Source: Raillietiella orientalis
Lineage: Eukaryota
Assembly: GCA_036172245.1 (NCBI GenBank)
Contig: JAYWIR010000016.1
Location: forward strand, 3,955,356-3,975,355
Direction: 5' to 3'
Length of the DNA stretch: 20,000 nucleotides
Position 1 is the first letter of the stretch. Every line of letters begins with the position of its first letter. Made by a program: the position numbers and the translations under genes. This document shows, piece by piece, positions 1 through 10,870 of the stretch. The notes beneath the pieces were generated by a model. It did no database searches. It saw only the letters and a program-made list of their open reading frames with translations, and was not told the DNA's origin.

Positions 1-110
1 AATATGCAGGTTAAAATAAATTTATATATTAATACATATACATTTATATACAAAATGCAATATATATATATATATATATATATATGTAATAAGCACATGT
101 ATTTGTAAGC
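1..110. repeat. AT-rich block with (TA)n; probable terminal fragment of the composite repeat
   Basis: aatatgcaggttaaaataaatttatatattaatacata resembles aatatgtatgttaaaacagattagcatattaatatata at ~4301. (TA)n run at ~60-85. Confidence 0.55.
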
Positions 111-181
111 TCTTTCGGGGTTCTGAATCGAACCTCAGTCCCTTGAATGCCTTGTCCGAGTTCCGTTTCCTTCCCTCTTAG

Positions 182-467
182 AGAGTCCTGGAAGGATACA
201 ACGGGACGATTTTCGCGTACGGGCAGACAGGAAGTGGGAAGACGTTCACCATGCAGGGGAATGGAGCTCGCCGCGGGCAGAAGGGGATCATCCCTTTGAT
301 CTTCGAGCACATATTCGAAACCGTTTCCGTTTCCGAAGAGCGGAAGTACCTGATTTTGCTGTCCTACTTGGAAATCTACAACGAAGAGATTCGCGACCTG
401 CTGTCCACGAACGTGAAGCAGAAACTGGAGGTAAAGGAGAAGCTGGACGGCGGCGTCTATGTGGCAG
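182..467 (+). CDS. KIF17: Kinesin-2 (KIF17/OSM-3-like) motor domain exon A; internal exon, 5' part of gene upstream of window
   Basis: Acceptor ttccctcttAG (180-181). Translates [26 protein letters not shown]...[14 protein letters not shown]...GVYVA, with P-loop GQTGSGKT. Donor G|GTGAAT at 468, phase 1. Confidence 0.95.
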
Positions 468-519
468 GTGAATTTTTTTTTTTCTCTCTTTTCTCCTTCT
501 CCTTGTCTCAAACGATCCA

Positions 520-1330
520 ATTCGATTCGCGGAAACCGAGGCACGGGGTGCTGCCGGCGCGTCTTCAGCACATCCGGATGCATTTCCGGGAGCCCTAAAG
601 GATCGGACGATGCTGCCCTCCGCGAACGCTTTCCCAGAGGCGCCTCTTGGTTGGGCCGGTTGCGGTCCAAGTAAATCCAGGGGGTCACCACCCGTTCGGC
701 GAAGCTGCGTTTCTTCCGCATGACGACGGCTTCCCGTGACATGTCACCGCGGGCATGTCGCCTACGCTCTGACCCGTAACTTCCTGTCCCGAATTCCCAA
801 GGGACACCTGCCAGCATCTAGTACTTGGAATCGGCCGAAGCCTCAAGCGCTGCCTTTCCTTCACCGTATGGGAGGTGGCTGGGGAAAGACCCACCCAGAA
901 CCCTCCTTGGCGCAAGAAACCCGTACGAGGCAGCGGCGTTCCCACCGGGACTCTCACGGCGAGAAACCCCGCGGCTCTGGGAGCATCAGCGTCTCTCGCA
1001 CTCCCTGTTCTGGACCGATGGCAGCATTTCTGGTGGTCCATCATCTTCGCCGTGCGGATTTCCATCGAAGCGGACGCATCGGTCCTATCGTAGCTGCGGC
1101 GTCAGCGAGCAGCGGCCGTGGAGGCGCTGACCGGAGCTGCAAAGATGAAAGCGGAGGATCCTTTCCGGAATTCCTTGAGGAACTTCCGACGGAACCCTTT
1201 GTTTGGCATCCAGAGAAACTTCCCCTCGAAGAAGCTGCGAGGTGCAGCAGCTTCTTCGAGAGCTCACTGAGAGCTACAGCCAGGGGGGAGGCTGCCGTCC
1301 GGGACGAGCTCGCGGGGGCTCGTGATCCGG
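520..1330 (+). mobile_element. Decayed RTE-clade LINE (RT 3' half and C-terminus) in the intron between exons A and B
   Basis: Colinear motifs across shifting frames: SDDAAL (~FADDAAL), RFPRGASWLG (~RFS.AC..FG), I*YLES (~FKYLGS), AEASSAAF (~AKASAAF), YEAAAFPPGLSRRET (~YRAVVLPTLLYGCET), RWQHF..SIEA, GRGGADRSCKD (~RGGPKKRYKD). Confidence 0.6.
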
Positions 1331-1411
1331 ATGGGAGCCGAGAGCGTCCTTTGGGGACGACCCTCCGAACCGCGAAGAGGAGCGATCCCTAGAATTTTCG
1401 TCTTTTTCCAG

Positions 1412-1636
1412 ATCTTTCGCTGCATCCCGTGCGCGACATCGAAGGGTGCTTAAGGATAATGGAGACGGGATGGAGCAACAGAGCCGTTGGGAAGACTCTG
1501 ATGAACTCGGAGTCCTCCAGGTCACATTCCGTGTTCACCATCTCCTTGGAGATGATGGATTCCGACGGCTCCAACATACGCAAGGCTAGTTTGCATCTAG
1601 TTGATTTGGCTGGAAGTGAAAAACAGGCAAAAACAG
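1412..1636 (+). CDS. KIF17: KIF17-like exon B (switch I and switch II)
   Basis: Acceptor tctttttccAG. (D)LSLHPVRDIEGCLRIMETGWSNRAVGKTLMNSESSRSHSVFTI...LHLVDLAGSEKQAKT(G); IMETGW.NR.VG.TLMN closely matches KIF17. Donor G|GTTATC, phase 1. Confidence 0.95.
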
Positions 1637-1699
1637 GTTATCACCGGCCTCTCTTTGTTCCTCCAGCCGGCCCTACAGGCGCCCCACCACTCCCGTAGT

Positions 1700-2100
1700 C
1701 CAGGGAGGTTGAGATCCCGCTTCTCCCTCCGGTTCCTGCAACGCAGTGCTCCGGGAACGAAAAATACGCTGGGGGATGAGGTGGCGCGTTCGTACCTCGC
1801 TTGTGGGGGGAGGGGGGAGCACCGACCGTCGAGGATGGGTTCGGCTTCCGGTTCCCTCGCGTCCGGTGGGAAATGGCCACGGCGCGGCCGATCCGCCGAA
1901 GTTGCACCTCTAGCGGTGGTGGCGGTTTGAGATGTGGTTTACCGATCGGGCTCCCGAGGCGAAGACAGGCCCCGGGAGCATGGTTTGGGCGCACCCTTCG
2001 GAGGTGAGGGACGAAAGCACTGCTGTCCCCGGGTCGGGGATGTGAAGCGGAGAGAATCCGCCGGTTTCGTCGGGATCCCGCAAGAAGGAAGCGGGAGGCA
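1700..2100 (+). mobile_element. Possible RTE LINE 3' fragment
   Basis: RFLQRSAPG...DEVAR (~RFLRRI.G..RNE.IR) followed by PIGLPRRRQ (~PRGRPRRRW). Very degenerate. Confidence 0.3.
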
Positions 2101-2298
2101 GGGATGCCGGTGCGGCTTTGCACCGGGAGACCCTGGGCGAACCTCGCGCGGTGGCAACTCCCTCGCTAGGAAGAGCAGTATCCATCGGAACCAGCGCGGG
2201 AAAGGAGGACCGGACAGGAGGTTCTTCTTCTTCCCATTTTCGCTGCTTTCCACCCAGCTGCCACTTTAGAGTTTTCTTCCCTTTGGTTCACTGAGTAC

Positions 2299-4392
2299 TG
2301 AAGAACCGCCCCGCCACCTCACGAGGACGCACGAAGCTCTCCTTCCACACCGTCCACGCCACCACAGGGCGCGCGTTCACTCTACAAGTTACAGGGGGCA
2401 CCCCGGGAGGTGACCACCTTACTTAATCTAGGAAGGACTCCGGAAGAGAGAGGAATCTGTTCCTCCTTTACTCTTCGGAGGAGATCACGAAGGGAGCCAC
2501 CCCTTCCTCATTCTCTCCGGAGGGACCTCCCGGTTTGTGGGGACCACTCCTCAGTTACCCCCAAGAAACCCTAAAAGGACTCTCTCCTAGAATTTCTTTT
2601 CCGAAAGGACCCCCTGAGAGGGTCGTTCCTCGTTTCCTCCTCCTCTGGAGAGAACCCGGAAAGGGCGCTTTCCGATTTCTCTGAAGGGTCACTCGCCGAA
2701 GAAAGCAGCGCGCTTCCGACACTCTGGAGAGGCATCAACCAGCTCCATGGTAACGGTTCCACTTTCACAACCGGAGGGGAACCCGGAAGGTCTCCTTGAT
2801 TTCCGGAAAGACCCCGGAGGGTCAACTTCCAATCCTGGCCAGTCAACGGGCGCATCCGGCTTCCGCACCCAAACCTACAGGCCAGCCGGCGCCATCCTGC
2901 GGGGGGAACTCGAGCTTGAGCCACACCCTCCGTTCCCGTCGTCGATGCATCCTTCCCCGGGAGGGGTTCGAACCCGCGACGCTTGGCACCACGCGCAGCC
3001 GCACGGCCGCCGACGCCCGGTCAGTCTTCACACGCGGATGTGCAGTCAGCTCGTGCCACAGCGTGCCTCAGGGCACCGCTTGGACCGTCTCATAAACCGT
3101 TCCAGCCGGCCCGTACGGACCAGAGAGGGCTGCAAACCGCGGACGTTCCCGTGGATTTCCCCTGACCAGCGCTGTCAGCTCGGGGAGCGGCTGCGGGTCC
3201 GGGCGAGGAGGCGCCGCCGCCAGCGGCGAAGAGATTCGCCTCGCCTCCTCTTAGACCAGGTCCCTCTGGGGGCGGAACGGGGTTCCCGGCTCGGTTTCTT
3301 GGAGCCGGCTCGCCGGAGCTTCTTCCCCGCCTGCACCTGCATCCGCCCTCTGTTCGGCAGAAGGGTGCGAACGGCGCCCCGCCCGGAACGATCGCGAAAA
3401 TCATCATAGGTTGTCGTCCTCACTGATCTGCACGAAACCATCTGCCAGGGGACGGAGAAAACTCCGACGCGAATTCGTGGTGTCGTCCGAATACTGTGAA
3501 AGCAGGAAAGCACTGGGTACACTGCAGTGTGCACAGAAAAGACTACGTGGAATGTTTACATGAGTATTCGGGGGGGCATCATGGCGGCCATTGCGAACAG
3601 TCCGGCAAAGGGAGACCGATTCGAACCTACGCCTATGTGGGCTGCTCATGAGGCTGACAAGCGGTTCCCCGCTGAGCATCGCGGCAACCGGTTGCTCCAC
3701 GCAACCGAGTATCCGCTCCTCCTCCCCTTGAGGGATACCGAACGGTGAAGGACGGTTCGAGTCGCTCGCTACTGGCAGCCCTGCTCCGCTTCCGGCAAGT
3801 CGCAAGCGACCGAAATAGCACGAAAAATAAATAGAAGTGCTCATTATGTATATTACCACATATATATCTGTGTATGGATTAATGAACGGATTTACTTGTT
3901 CATACATACTTTATTTAAATATAATTAATAATATAAATTGATATACATTATTAATATGTATGTTAAAAATCATTAAAATAAATATATATGTTTATTATGA
4001 TACGTCGTAGATATCATAGATTGATATATCAGTGAATATGTATTATAAAGATTATTAAAAATATACTTGCTTATTTTGTGCATTAGTATATATTTATATA
4101 TATGTAATCAGTGTATAATAAACAAATATATGAATATCGAATAATAAACATCGAATATGTATATTTTTTAATCTTTAATATGTGCATATTAATAATTTAT
4201 TCCATTACATATTATTAATTGTGAGAATAATGTGTAAGATAATAAATTTCAATAAATATATATGCTAAAACAATATTATTATTAATACTCACATTGATAA
4301 ATATGTATGTTAAAACAGATTAGCATATTAATATATATGTATATATATAAATCAATCTATATGTTAACATTAATACATATATATATAAAATC
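2299..4392 (-). mobile_element. Composite interspersed repeat copy 1 (body ~2299-2910; tRNA-like boxes ~2964, ~3618; AT foldback ~3823-4392)
   Basis: Body aligns by eye with 11487-12140 (ccgatttctctgaaggg, actctggagaggca, tttcacaaccggag, gccatcctgcgggggg) and with the reverse complement of 15900-16552. B-box GGGTTCGAACCC at 2964-2975. Confidence 0.8.
3823..4392. repeat. AT-rich imperfect foldback (centre ~4071) with recurring AATATRTATGYTAAAA motif
   Basis: Nested inverted pairs: 3923-3934/4209-4220 (12 bp), 3947-3958/4185-4196 (12 bp), 3989-3998/4141-4150 (10 bp). Confidence 0.75.
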
Positions 4393-4594
4393 GTCATGAT
4401 GGTTCGGGATTTTCCAAAAGCCTGCCGTCTGCTGCTCCCCTTATTGGCCGCCTCCTTCGTTCCTGGGGCGCTCCTCGTGGGCAGCGCCGAAGACCTCCAC
4501 CCCCTTCCCACCCACCCCGTCACGACAGTCCCCTCCACCCCTACTCCCTACTCCTCTCCCCGGCGGCCGGGCGCCTCAGCACGATGCGTTCCAG

Positions 4595-4734
4595 GAACCA
4601 CCGGAACGAGGTTCAAGGAGTCGATCCAGATCAACGTCTCCCTGTCGGCCCTGGGCAACGTCATCTCTGCGCTGGTCAACGAGAAGCGCAAGCACGTGCC
4701 CTACAGGGACTCCAAGCTGACGCGCTTGCTTCAG
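4595..4734 (+). CDS. KIF17: KIF17-like exon C
   Basis: Acceptor gttccAG. (G)[46 protein letters not shown]. Donor CAG|GTCAGC, phase 0. Confidence 0.95.
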
Positions 4735-4838
4735 GTCAGCCCCGCGGAGGGCGGATTCCCTTGCCTTCCCCACAGCGGAGGCGAGCGGATGTGAGGGAGG
4801 GAGGACAGACCCGCTGTGACCTCGCCCCCTCTTTCCAG

Positions 4839-5067
4839 AACTCCCTGGGCGGGAACTCGAAGACACTGATGATCGCGTGCGTCTCCCCCGCCGACGACAA
4901 CTACGAGGAGACCCTGAGCACCCTGCGGTACGCGGACAGGGCGAAGAGGATCCGCAACCGACCCCAGGTCAACGAGGACCCGCAGGCCGTCCTCCTGAGG
5001 AACTACCGCGATGAGATCGAGAGGCTCAGGCAGCTGCTGGCTAAGCAGGAAGCGACCGAGTGCCCAG
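4839..5067 (+). CDS. KIF17: KIF17-like exon D (end of motor, neck linker, neck coil)
   Basis: Acceptor ctctttcc[69 protein letters not shown], with kinesin-2 neck N.P.VNEDP. Donor G|GTTGGC, phase 1. Confidence 0.93.
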
Positions 5068-5125
5068 GTTGGCAAGGAAGGGAGGGGAAGGGACGGCGAC
5101 GTCGGGAGTGCTCGCGTCTGCGCAG

Positions 5126-5402
5126 AAGACGAAGATTTCCGCGTGCGGCTGACCAGGGAGCAGGAGGAGATGAGGAAAAAGTACGAGGAGGAGATCCGGG
5201 AGCTGCGAGAACACTTCCGGGACGAGTACGAAATCCTGAAGAAGTCCTCGTCCGCTCCCGAGATCGAGGCTGCCTCCTCACCGGTGAGCGAAGAGGAGGC
5301 GCCGGCCCCTGACCGCGTCGGGATCCAGGGGGAAGACGCGATTGGGGGCCCCGCAGGAGACGAGGACGGGAGGCAGTCGCTGGAAGAGATCGAATGCGAG
5401 AG
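5126..5402 (+). CDS. KIF17: KIF17-like exon E (coiled-coil stalk); may contain a 45-nt in-frame intron at 5284-5328
   Basis: Acceptor ctgcgcAG, phase matches exon D. E/K/R-rich [21 protein letters not shown]. Donor AG|GTGAGG at 5403, phase 2, just before the in-frame TGA. Confidence 0.8.
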
Positions 5403-5482
5403 GTGAGGACTGCCGCTGCTCCCGGGGAGCGCGGCTGGGAGACGGGGAAGCCGATCGGGAAAAGGAGCGTGTTGCTTGCCAG

Positions 5483-5669
5483 GATACGGAGGCTCAGGAG
5501 GCGTATGATCGGGGGCGAGAGGTCGAAGGACGTCGAGCTGCGGCGGAGGCACCGCGACCGGCGGCAGGCGGCGGCCAGCCGCGCCAGTACCCTCGAGCAG
5601 CTGCGCCGCCAGGGGACCGCCCCGGGACGGGAGTCCCGGAAGGACCTGATCGATGCCTACGAAGAGAAG
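5483..5669 (+). CDS. KIF17: KIF17-like exon F (stalk hinge)
   Basis: Acceptor ttgcttgccAG. (R)IRRLRRRMIGGERSKDVELRRRHRDRR resembles the KIF17 VVGGEQAKNKDLKEKHKRR segment as recalled. Donor AAG|GTGAGG, phase 0. Confidence 0.88.
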
Positions 5670-5735
5670 GTGAGGCACGGAGGCGCCTCGTCGGCAATCA
5701 GGGGAGGAGAGGGAGGGTACTACCTGGGCCCGCAG

Positions 5736-5896
5736 ATCGCCGAGCTGGAACGCGAGAACGAGGACATGCGGGCCGAGCTGGAGAGCGACAGGAACGCCCA
5801 CCTGGACACCGTCCGACTCGCCAAGAGAGAGGTCAAATTCCATAAGCAGCTGCTGAAGATGCTGGCTTCCCAGTTCGGTGCGAGCTACTCCAAAAG
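5736..5896 (+). CDS. KIF17: KIF17-like exon G (distal coiled coil)
   Basis: Acceptor cccgcAG. IAELERENEDMRAELESDRNAHLDTVRLAKREVKFHKQLL resembles kinesin-2 EI.DLQ.EF..E..DYL.TIR. Donor AG|GTACGC, phase 2. Confidence 0.85.
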
Positions 5897-6049
5897 GTAC
5901 GCAGGGGGAGGGGGCAGACCACTCCCCTTCCCTCCCTCGCGCCGCGAAGCCGCCTGGCCAACGAGACTCCCGTCCGCGTTGGCAAAGCGGCGGCGGCGGC
6001 GGCGGACGGAGAGGATGCCCTCGGGCAAGACTCCCGCCGTTTAGACTCG

Positions 6050-6850
6050 GGGGGACTCCAGACAAGGCGTTCTCTCGGCCTCGGTGGTCTGGTCGAGGAG
6101 CGATCCCCTCTCCGGGGTCACCTCCTGGACTTCCGGGAACGCTCCCCGGGAGTTTTTTGCGCTCGCTATCTTGGGGAGCGAATCCTCTGAGAGATGACCG
6201 GATCCGCGTCCGAAACGACACTCTTCCTCCTGCGTTCGGCACCGACGCCTCCCGGGGGAACGTCCGGCACAGAGACCGCTTTCCGTGACGACGCCACGAG
6301 GTGGCAAGGAGGAACTCCTGGGAACCACCTCGGGAAGGAGGTGAAGACCTCGGGGTCCTTGTGCTCCTCCGCGAGAAGCCCATGAGGCGGGGAGGGCGAA
6401 ACTCCGGGATCTCCAGGATCGCTGGCGCCTCCGGCGAGGCCGGCGGCCGAAAGTGGGCGGAACCGAACGGAGTGGAAGGAAGCTCCGCTCCCTTCGTCGC
6501 CGCCACACGGGGCCACTCCTGGGCAACCGAAAAGATGGGACCCGTCATGTTTTCCCGAGGGCGCCTCTTCCTTGCGACCTGCGATGCACCGCGGACGGCG
6601 CCCTCCCTCCAATCCAGACTGTGGCAAAAGGCAGCCTCGGACAAGGTCATCCGTAAGCGTCTCGCTGTTGGTCTAAGAGGGTGAGAACGAGCGTGCACGT
6701 CCGGCTTAGCCAGTATGTGGCTGTCCCGGAGAGCAAGGAGAGAGCATGGCTGCTCGTGGCGCGGTGTGGTTCTCGTGGCCGGGGGTAGTCTGCGCCGAGG
6801 GCGTTCGCGAGAACGCGACTGGCAACCGAGTCCCCCACTTGCGCCGCTGA
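6050..6850 (+). mobile_element. Decayed RTE-clade LINE fragment
   Basis: DKAFSRPRW (~KAFD.V.W), ISRIAGASG (~SRIAKASAAFG), CDLRC (~FD.RCLR), WQKAASDKVIRKRL (~W...VSN.EVRRR), WLSRRARR (~WLGHV.RM), in the expected order. Confidence 0.45.
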
Positions 6851-7039
6851 GTCTCACCGCCATCTTCCGCGCTTTGGCACCACGACCCCGGCGCAATCTC
6901 CGAACTCGTCCCGGCGTCTTCGGGCCGATTCTGCGACCGGGACGCCGCTTCCTTCCAGAGCAGGTCAGCCATTCCGGTCGCGGGAGTGCTTGGAAAAGGC
7001 GGACAGTAGGCTGAGCTGAGCTTTCCGCGCACGGAGCAA

Positions 7040-7870
7040 AGAGGTGGCTTTGTCTCGAGCTCCGGAACGGCCAACGCCATCTTGGGAGGAACCGTGGAAC
7101 TCTCGCGCTGAGGGCTGGACATCAGCGCATGCGCAGCGCTCGGAAGCTCAGACTGGACGTAGGAACGGGAGCACCCACTGTCGAGGAATACGCAAGGGAA
7201 CGGACTCGCCACGCATGCTTCTTCCCCGAGAGGATGGCGAAGGACGAAGAACGCCCTGCCGGAGGGAAAACGGCGGGAAGACTGTGGGTCACGTGATTCA
7301 TCTTGAAAGCGAAACGCCATCCACCTCCAGTTCGCGGATCCCCCACTCTCCACGACAGCATCGACATCACAGGGGGCGGTGGTTCCGTGGACGCGGCACC
7401 AGCTGGGTGTGCAAACGGGATGAACTTCCGGGTGGGCGTTATGGCAACCGAGCTCTCGGCGGAGCGCACGACTTGCCGGGTGCCACTAGGAGCTGAGTCA
7501 CGTCGCCGCCGACTCCCCGCCTTTCAAAATCAACCGGAAGTCCAGAGCGACTCGAACGAGCTCCCTTTTTCTCCAGCTCCCGGCTCGCAGGAAGAAAACC
7601 GCGGACTTGCACGACTCTTCTCCGTTACGCGAGAACCGATTCCCTCGACTGCTGGCGCTCCGGGAAGAAAGGAGCTGTTTCCGTTGCCAAGACGACTCCT
7701 TCAGCAGATCTTGGACCCAGCTCCGCTTGGGGGCGTCGCGGATCGCGAGGTCGCAACTGCGGCGACTCCGAAGGAGATGCATCGGATCGAAGGCGCCTCC
7801 GTCCCCATGCGTGACGCAAGAGGCGCCACCTTCGCCGGCAGAAAAACGACGAACAGACGAATCAAAATGG
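7040..7870 (+). mobile_element. Decayed non-LTR (RTE-like) reverse transcriptase fragment
   Basis: GFVSSSGTANAIL (~GF..GRGT.DAIF), RGIRKG (~GVRQG), IHLQFAD (~L.FADD, ~7319-7340), NGMNF (~GL.IN), LLQQIL...VADREV (~LRRIL...VTNEEV). Confidence 0.45.
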
Positions 7871-8119
7871 GGTCGAAGGCCGCCAGGGTCGAAGTTACCC
7901 AGCCTGACGCCTTGCCTCCCCCCTCCCTTCCGCACTTGGTCAGCTGCGCGTCTTCAGACAGCGCTGCTGCGCAGGAAGAAGGACGCATCGCAAACTCCAA
8001 AGCGAATGCAGCGCTGTGGGGTGACGCGCTGCTGGAAACCGGCCCTCCCCGAAACCCGCTTTGCGCCCGCATCCTCGCGAGACCTTCCATATCAAGACAT
8101 CCGCCCATAGGTTTGCCGT

Positions 8120-8590
8120 TTAAGTGCCGACATGCACGCCTCCCGGGGTTGCGGGCGGTGCGCGTGCAAACGAACTGACCTTACCCGGTTTCAAGGTGAC
8201 GAAATTGGATCGCAGGAAGATGAGAGAAACTGCGGATTTGCATGCATCTTCCCCGCCAGCTCCTGGAGCCTGGCACCTCCCCCCATCGACGCTGGGAGGC
8301 TGTGAGTCCTCTTCGCTTTCGAAGGAGAGCGCCCTCGAAAGAACGTTCGGAAAACCGCGCCCTGCGGGTGGGCGCGTAGCGCCATGACGTCAGCGTGCAC
8401 GAAAACGCAAGCCGAGCCAACTCGGGCCGAACTAGCCATCCCGAGGAGACGAAGGGCAGCAGGTTCCAGGCAGCTCCCCCGCATCCCACTCTGCGGCCAG
8501 ACGTGTTCGGCTCTTCCGGGAGGAGAGATATGCGAAAGCTGCGGGACGCTCTCGAAGTCTGGGAGCCCCGGGCGGGTCATCGGGCACGCT
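8120..8590 (+). mobile_element. Possible CR1/L2-type APE endonuclease fossil
   Basis: NELTLPGFKVTKLDRR (~EL.LPGY..FR.DR) and later LEVWEPRAGH (~V.EPLG.SDH). Confidence 0.35.
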
Positions 8591-8622
8591 CTCTCCCTCT
8601 CCCTGCCGACCATCTGTTGCAG

Positions 8623-8759
8623 CGGCACCGACCGGATCCTCCAGGAAGCCACGTGGGAGGACCTGAAGCAGAAGTGGCAGCTTCCCCTCCTGCGCTTCCC
8701 CACTGCGGTCCCCGAGGAACGGGTACAGGAAGAGTCCCGAAGAGAGGACATCGCTCACC
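8623..8759 (+). CDS. KIF17: KIF17-like exon H (tail start)
   Basis: Pyrimidine tract plus ttgcAG, phase 2 matches exon G. (S)GTDRILQEATWEDLKQKWQLP resembles the kinesin-2 tail motif (KIF17 LEKILRESCWDEDNGFWKIP as recalled). Donor C|GTGAGT, phase 1. Confidence 0.85.
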
Positions 8760-9359
8760 GTGAGTCCCTTACGTCCTCTTTTGCCCATGCGCGCTTCACC
8801 CTTTCCCTCCCCTCGAAGCATGACGGGAAGATTCTTGCTTTTCCGCTGGCCCTTCGGGACCTTTCCTACGCCCCCCGTGCCTTCCCGTCCAGCGTCACGC
8901 CGGGCGGGCGCGTTTCCACTGACCAGGAGAACGGGCGAACGGAGCGCGCGTTCCCGTGCTCAAGGTCAAATTTGACAGTTCGAATCCAGGAAAAGGCGGG
9001 GGTACCCACCCGGTTGCCCCGGGGCGATCAGTTCGAAAAAACGGACTCCCGAGGCACTTTGACCTCGGTAGAAAGTTCTGCCTTCGTAGGGAGGACTGCG
9101 GTTTCGTGGAGTAGGCACCAATGTCCCGGGGGCGTTAGCTAAATGTGAGCAGTTTGCCGGCAGAGGTGCGCGCAAGGTAAACAGGGGGAGGGGGAGAAGG
9201 GGGGAGGAAAGAAAAAAAGCAAAAAAAAAAAACTCGCACCCACATAAAAAGGAAAATGGTCCTCGCAAAATTTCGGCGGGCAAAGGTAAAGGCCACCGAG
9301 AACTCCCTGGCATCCTCGGCACCCTGACCAGCACGCAGGCAGATCCTTCCTCCTTCCAG

Positions 9360-9433
9360 CTAGGCAGGGTCACCTCGAGGTCCTCCCTCTCAAAAAGGGG
9401 ACAGACGACCGCGATGGCGTCTTCCGTTTGTAA
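9360..9433 (+). CDS. KIF17: Putative terminal exon of the KIF17-like gene
   Basis: Strong acceptor ccttcctccttccAG. Phase-1 join gives PRQGHLEVLPLKKGTDDRDGVFRL then TAA (9431-9433). Little homology support, and the stop overlaps a possible donor GTAAGG. Confidence 0.45.
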
Positions 9434-10469
9434 GGCCCCTTGCGGCACAGCTGCCCGCCGCCGCGTGGGCATCCGCGATGGACGCAGCAGGTGACGCTGA
9501 GCCGCGCGTGAAGAGGCGTCTCGGTGCGTCCTCGGGGTCGTCCCCAGGGGGATTGTGGGGCGACGACGTGCTCCCACGCGCTCCGAAGGGCGGCGCACTC
9601 GACCGGCAGGCGCGGGAAGACTTCCCTTCCGCTACACGGGGCATGACCCAGGGCCGCACTCTCCTCCGGTTCTGGAGGTCTGCATTGGAGACCCCCATGC
9701 AGCCGTCCCCATACCGAGTCCTTCCGCTTCAGGGGAGGGTCGCCTCTCTCCGAGAACTCCACCGCGGGGATCTCCACCTCGTCCGAGGGATTTCCGAGTC
9801 AGAGAGGTCCTTTGGGGCGTCCAGCATCCCAGTCTCTCCTTCCTTTCTGCGATCGCGCGGGTGACCTCCCCATCTCGCAGGCCGGTCACTGTCCTGGTTC
9901 TCCTGCAGGGTGGACAGCATTGCTACGGGTGAGGTACACCGCACCCAGGGGAGGGGATGGCAGCAGTGGGGAGGAGGGAGGAGAATAGCCCGGTCCGACT
10001 TGGCAAGGGCTCACACCCCGCTCGGCGGGAGCAGCTGCGGGTTCTCACTCTACAGGAGGAACCCGGCGTCCAGGCCCTGAGAGCCGCGGGAAGACTTCGC
10101 TTTCTCGGGACCCTGAGCCCGGGAAAGAAGGAAAGGGTTTTCCGGAAAACTTTCGCAGGCAGGATCCCCCTTCAGTCCAGGAAGGGGATCATTCCTCCTC
10201 CCTCCCGACGAACTGGCGGGGTTCAGGGGGAATGCGAAATGGTAGCAGGTAGCACCCGACGCTTCCAGGTGGCGCCCAAACTCACCTGCACGCGGATGCC
10301 GAGGAGCGTTGCCAAGGAGGAGGAGGACCGTGGGCAGAGATCAGCGCGCAGGAACGCTGAAGGAGACGCCGGACGGGTGGTTCCTGAAGCAGCGGACTCT
10401 AGGGGGAGGTGATCGTCCCGTTCGGGAGGAAGGCCGGACGCCCCCGGGTGTTGCGTAGATGTCTTGGAC

Positions 10470-10870
10470 AGAGATAAGAGGAGAAGGCGCGTGAGACCGG
10501 GTCAGTAGGGTGCCTCAGGCGAAGACCCCACACAGTCCGTCCGAATCCCTCCAAGGATCGTTGGGAGCTCCCGGATTCTACGCACGTGCGCTTCCGGAGG
10601 CGGGTATACCGCCTCCTGCGCCCACCTTGACGCGCCCCCACCCGGAACCCCTAGGGAAACCCTCGGGAAGTCCTGGAGCATTCCTTCCTCTCCTCGAGGG
10701 GGAGGGAGGGAAAAAAGGGAAGGAGGAAGAAGCTGCTTGTGGAGCTTGCGAACGAGCAGGATGGATGGATCTGTTCGGGCAAGTCTTTTACCTCCAAAGT
10801 CTCCCCCAACTCCGGTAGGGAATCCCTTCAGGTCCTTCCACTCCAGGTGCCCCCTTCCAGCTCTTTTTTT
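10470..10870 (-). mobile_element. Possible RTE LINE 3' fragment, minus strand
   Basis: Minus strand LEWKD...PSILL, then GARQGGRRRRYTRLRK...SLEGFGRTVW (~GKR.QGGQKKRYKDTLK...WE..A.DR..W). Confidence 0.35.

Noticed and set aside
4731..6896. 721-aa minus-strand ORF
   Set aside because: Antisense shadow of GC-rich kinesin exons and GC-rich intron; low-complexity P/R/S/G sequence with no domain.
8800..9100. Weak hAT dimerisation-like words (LALRDL, ERAF)
   Set aside because: Spacing is wrong and the match is too weak to support.
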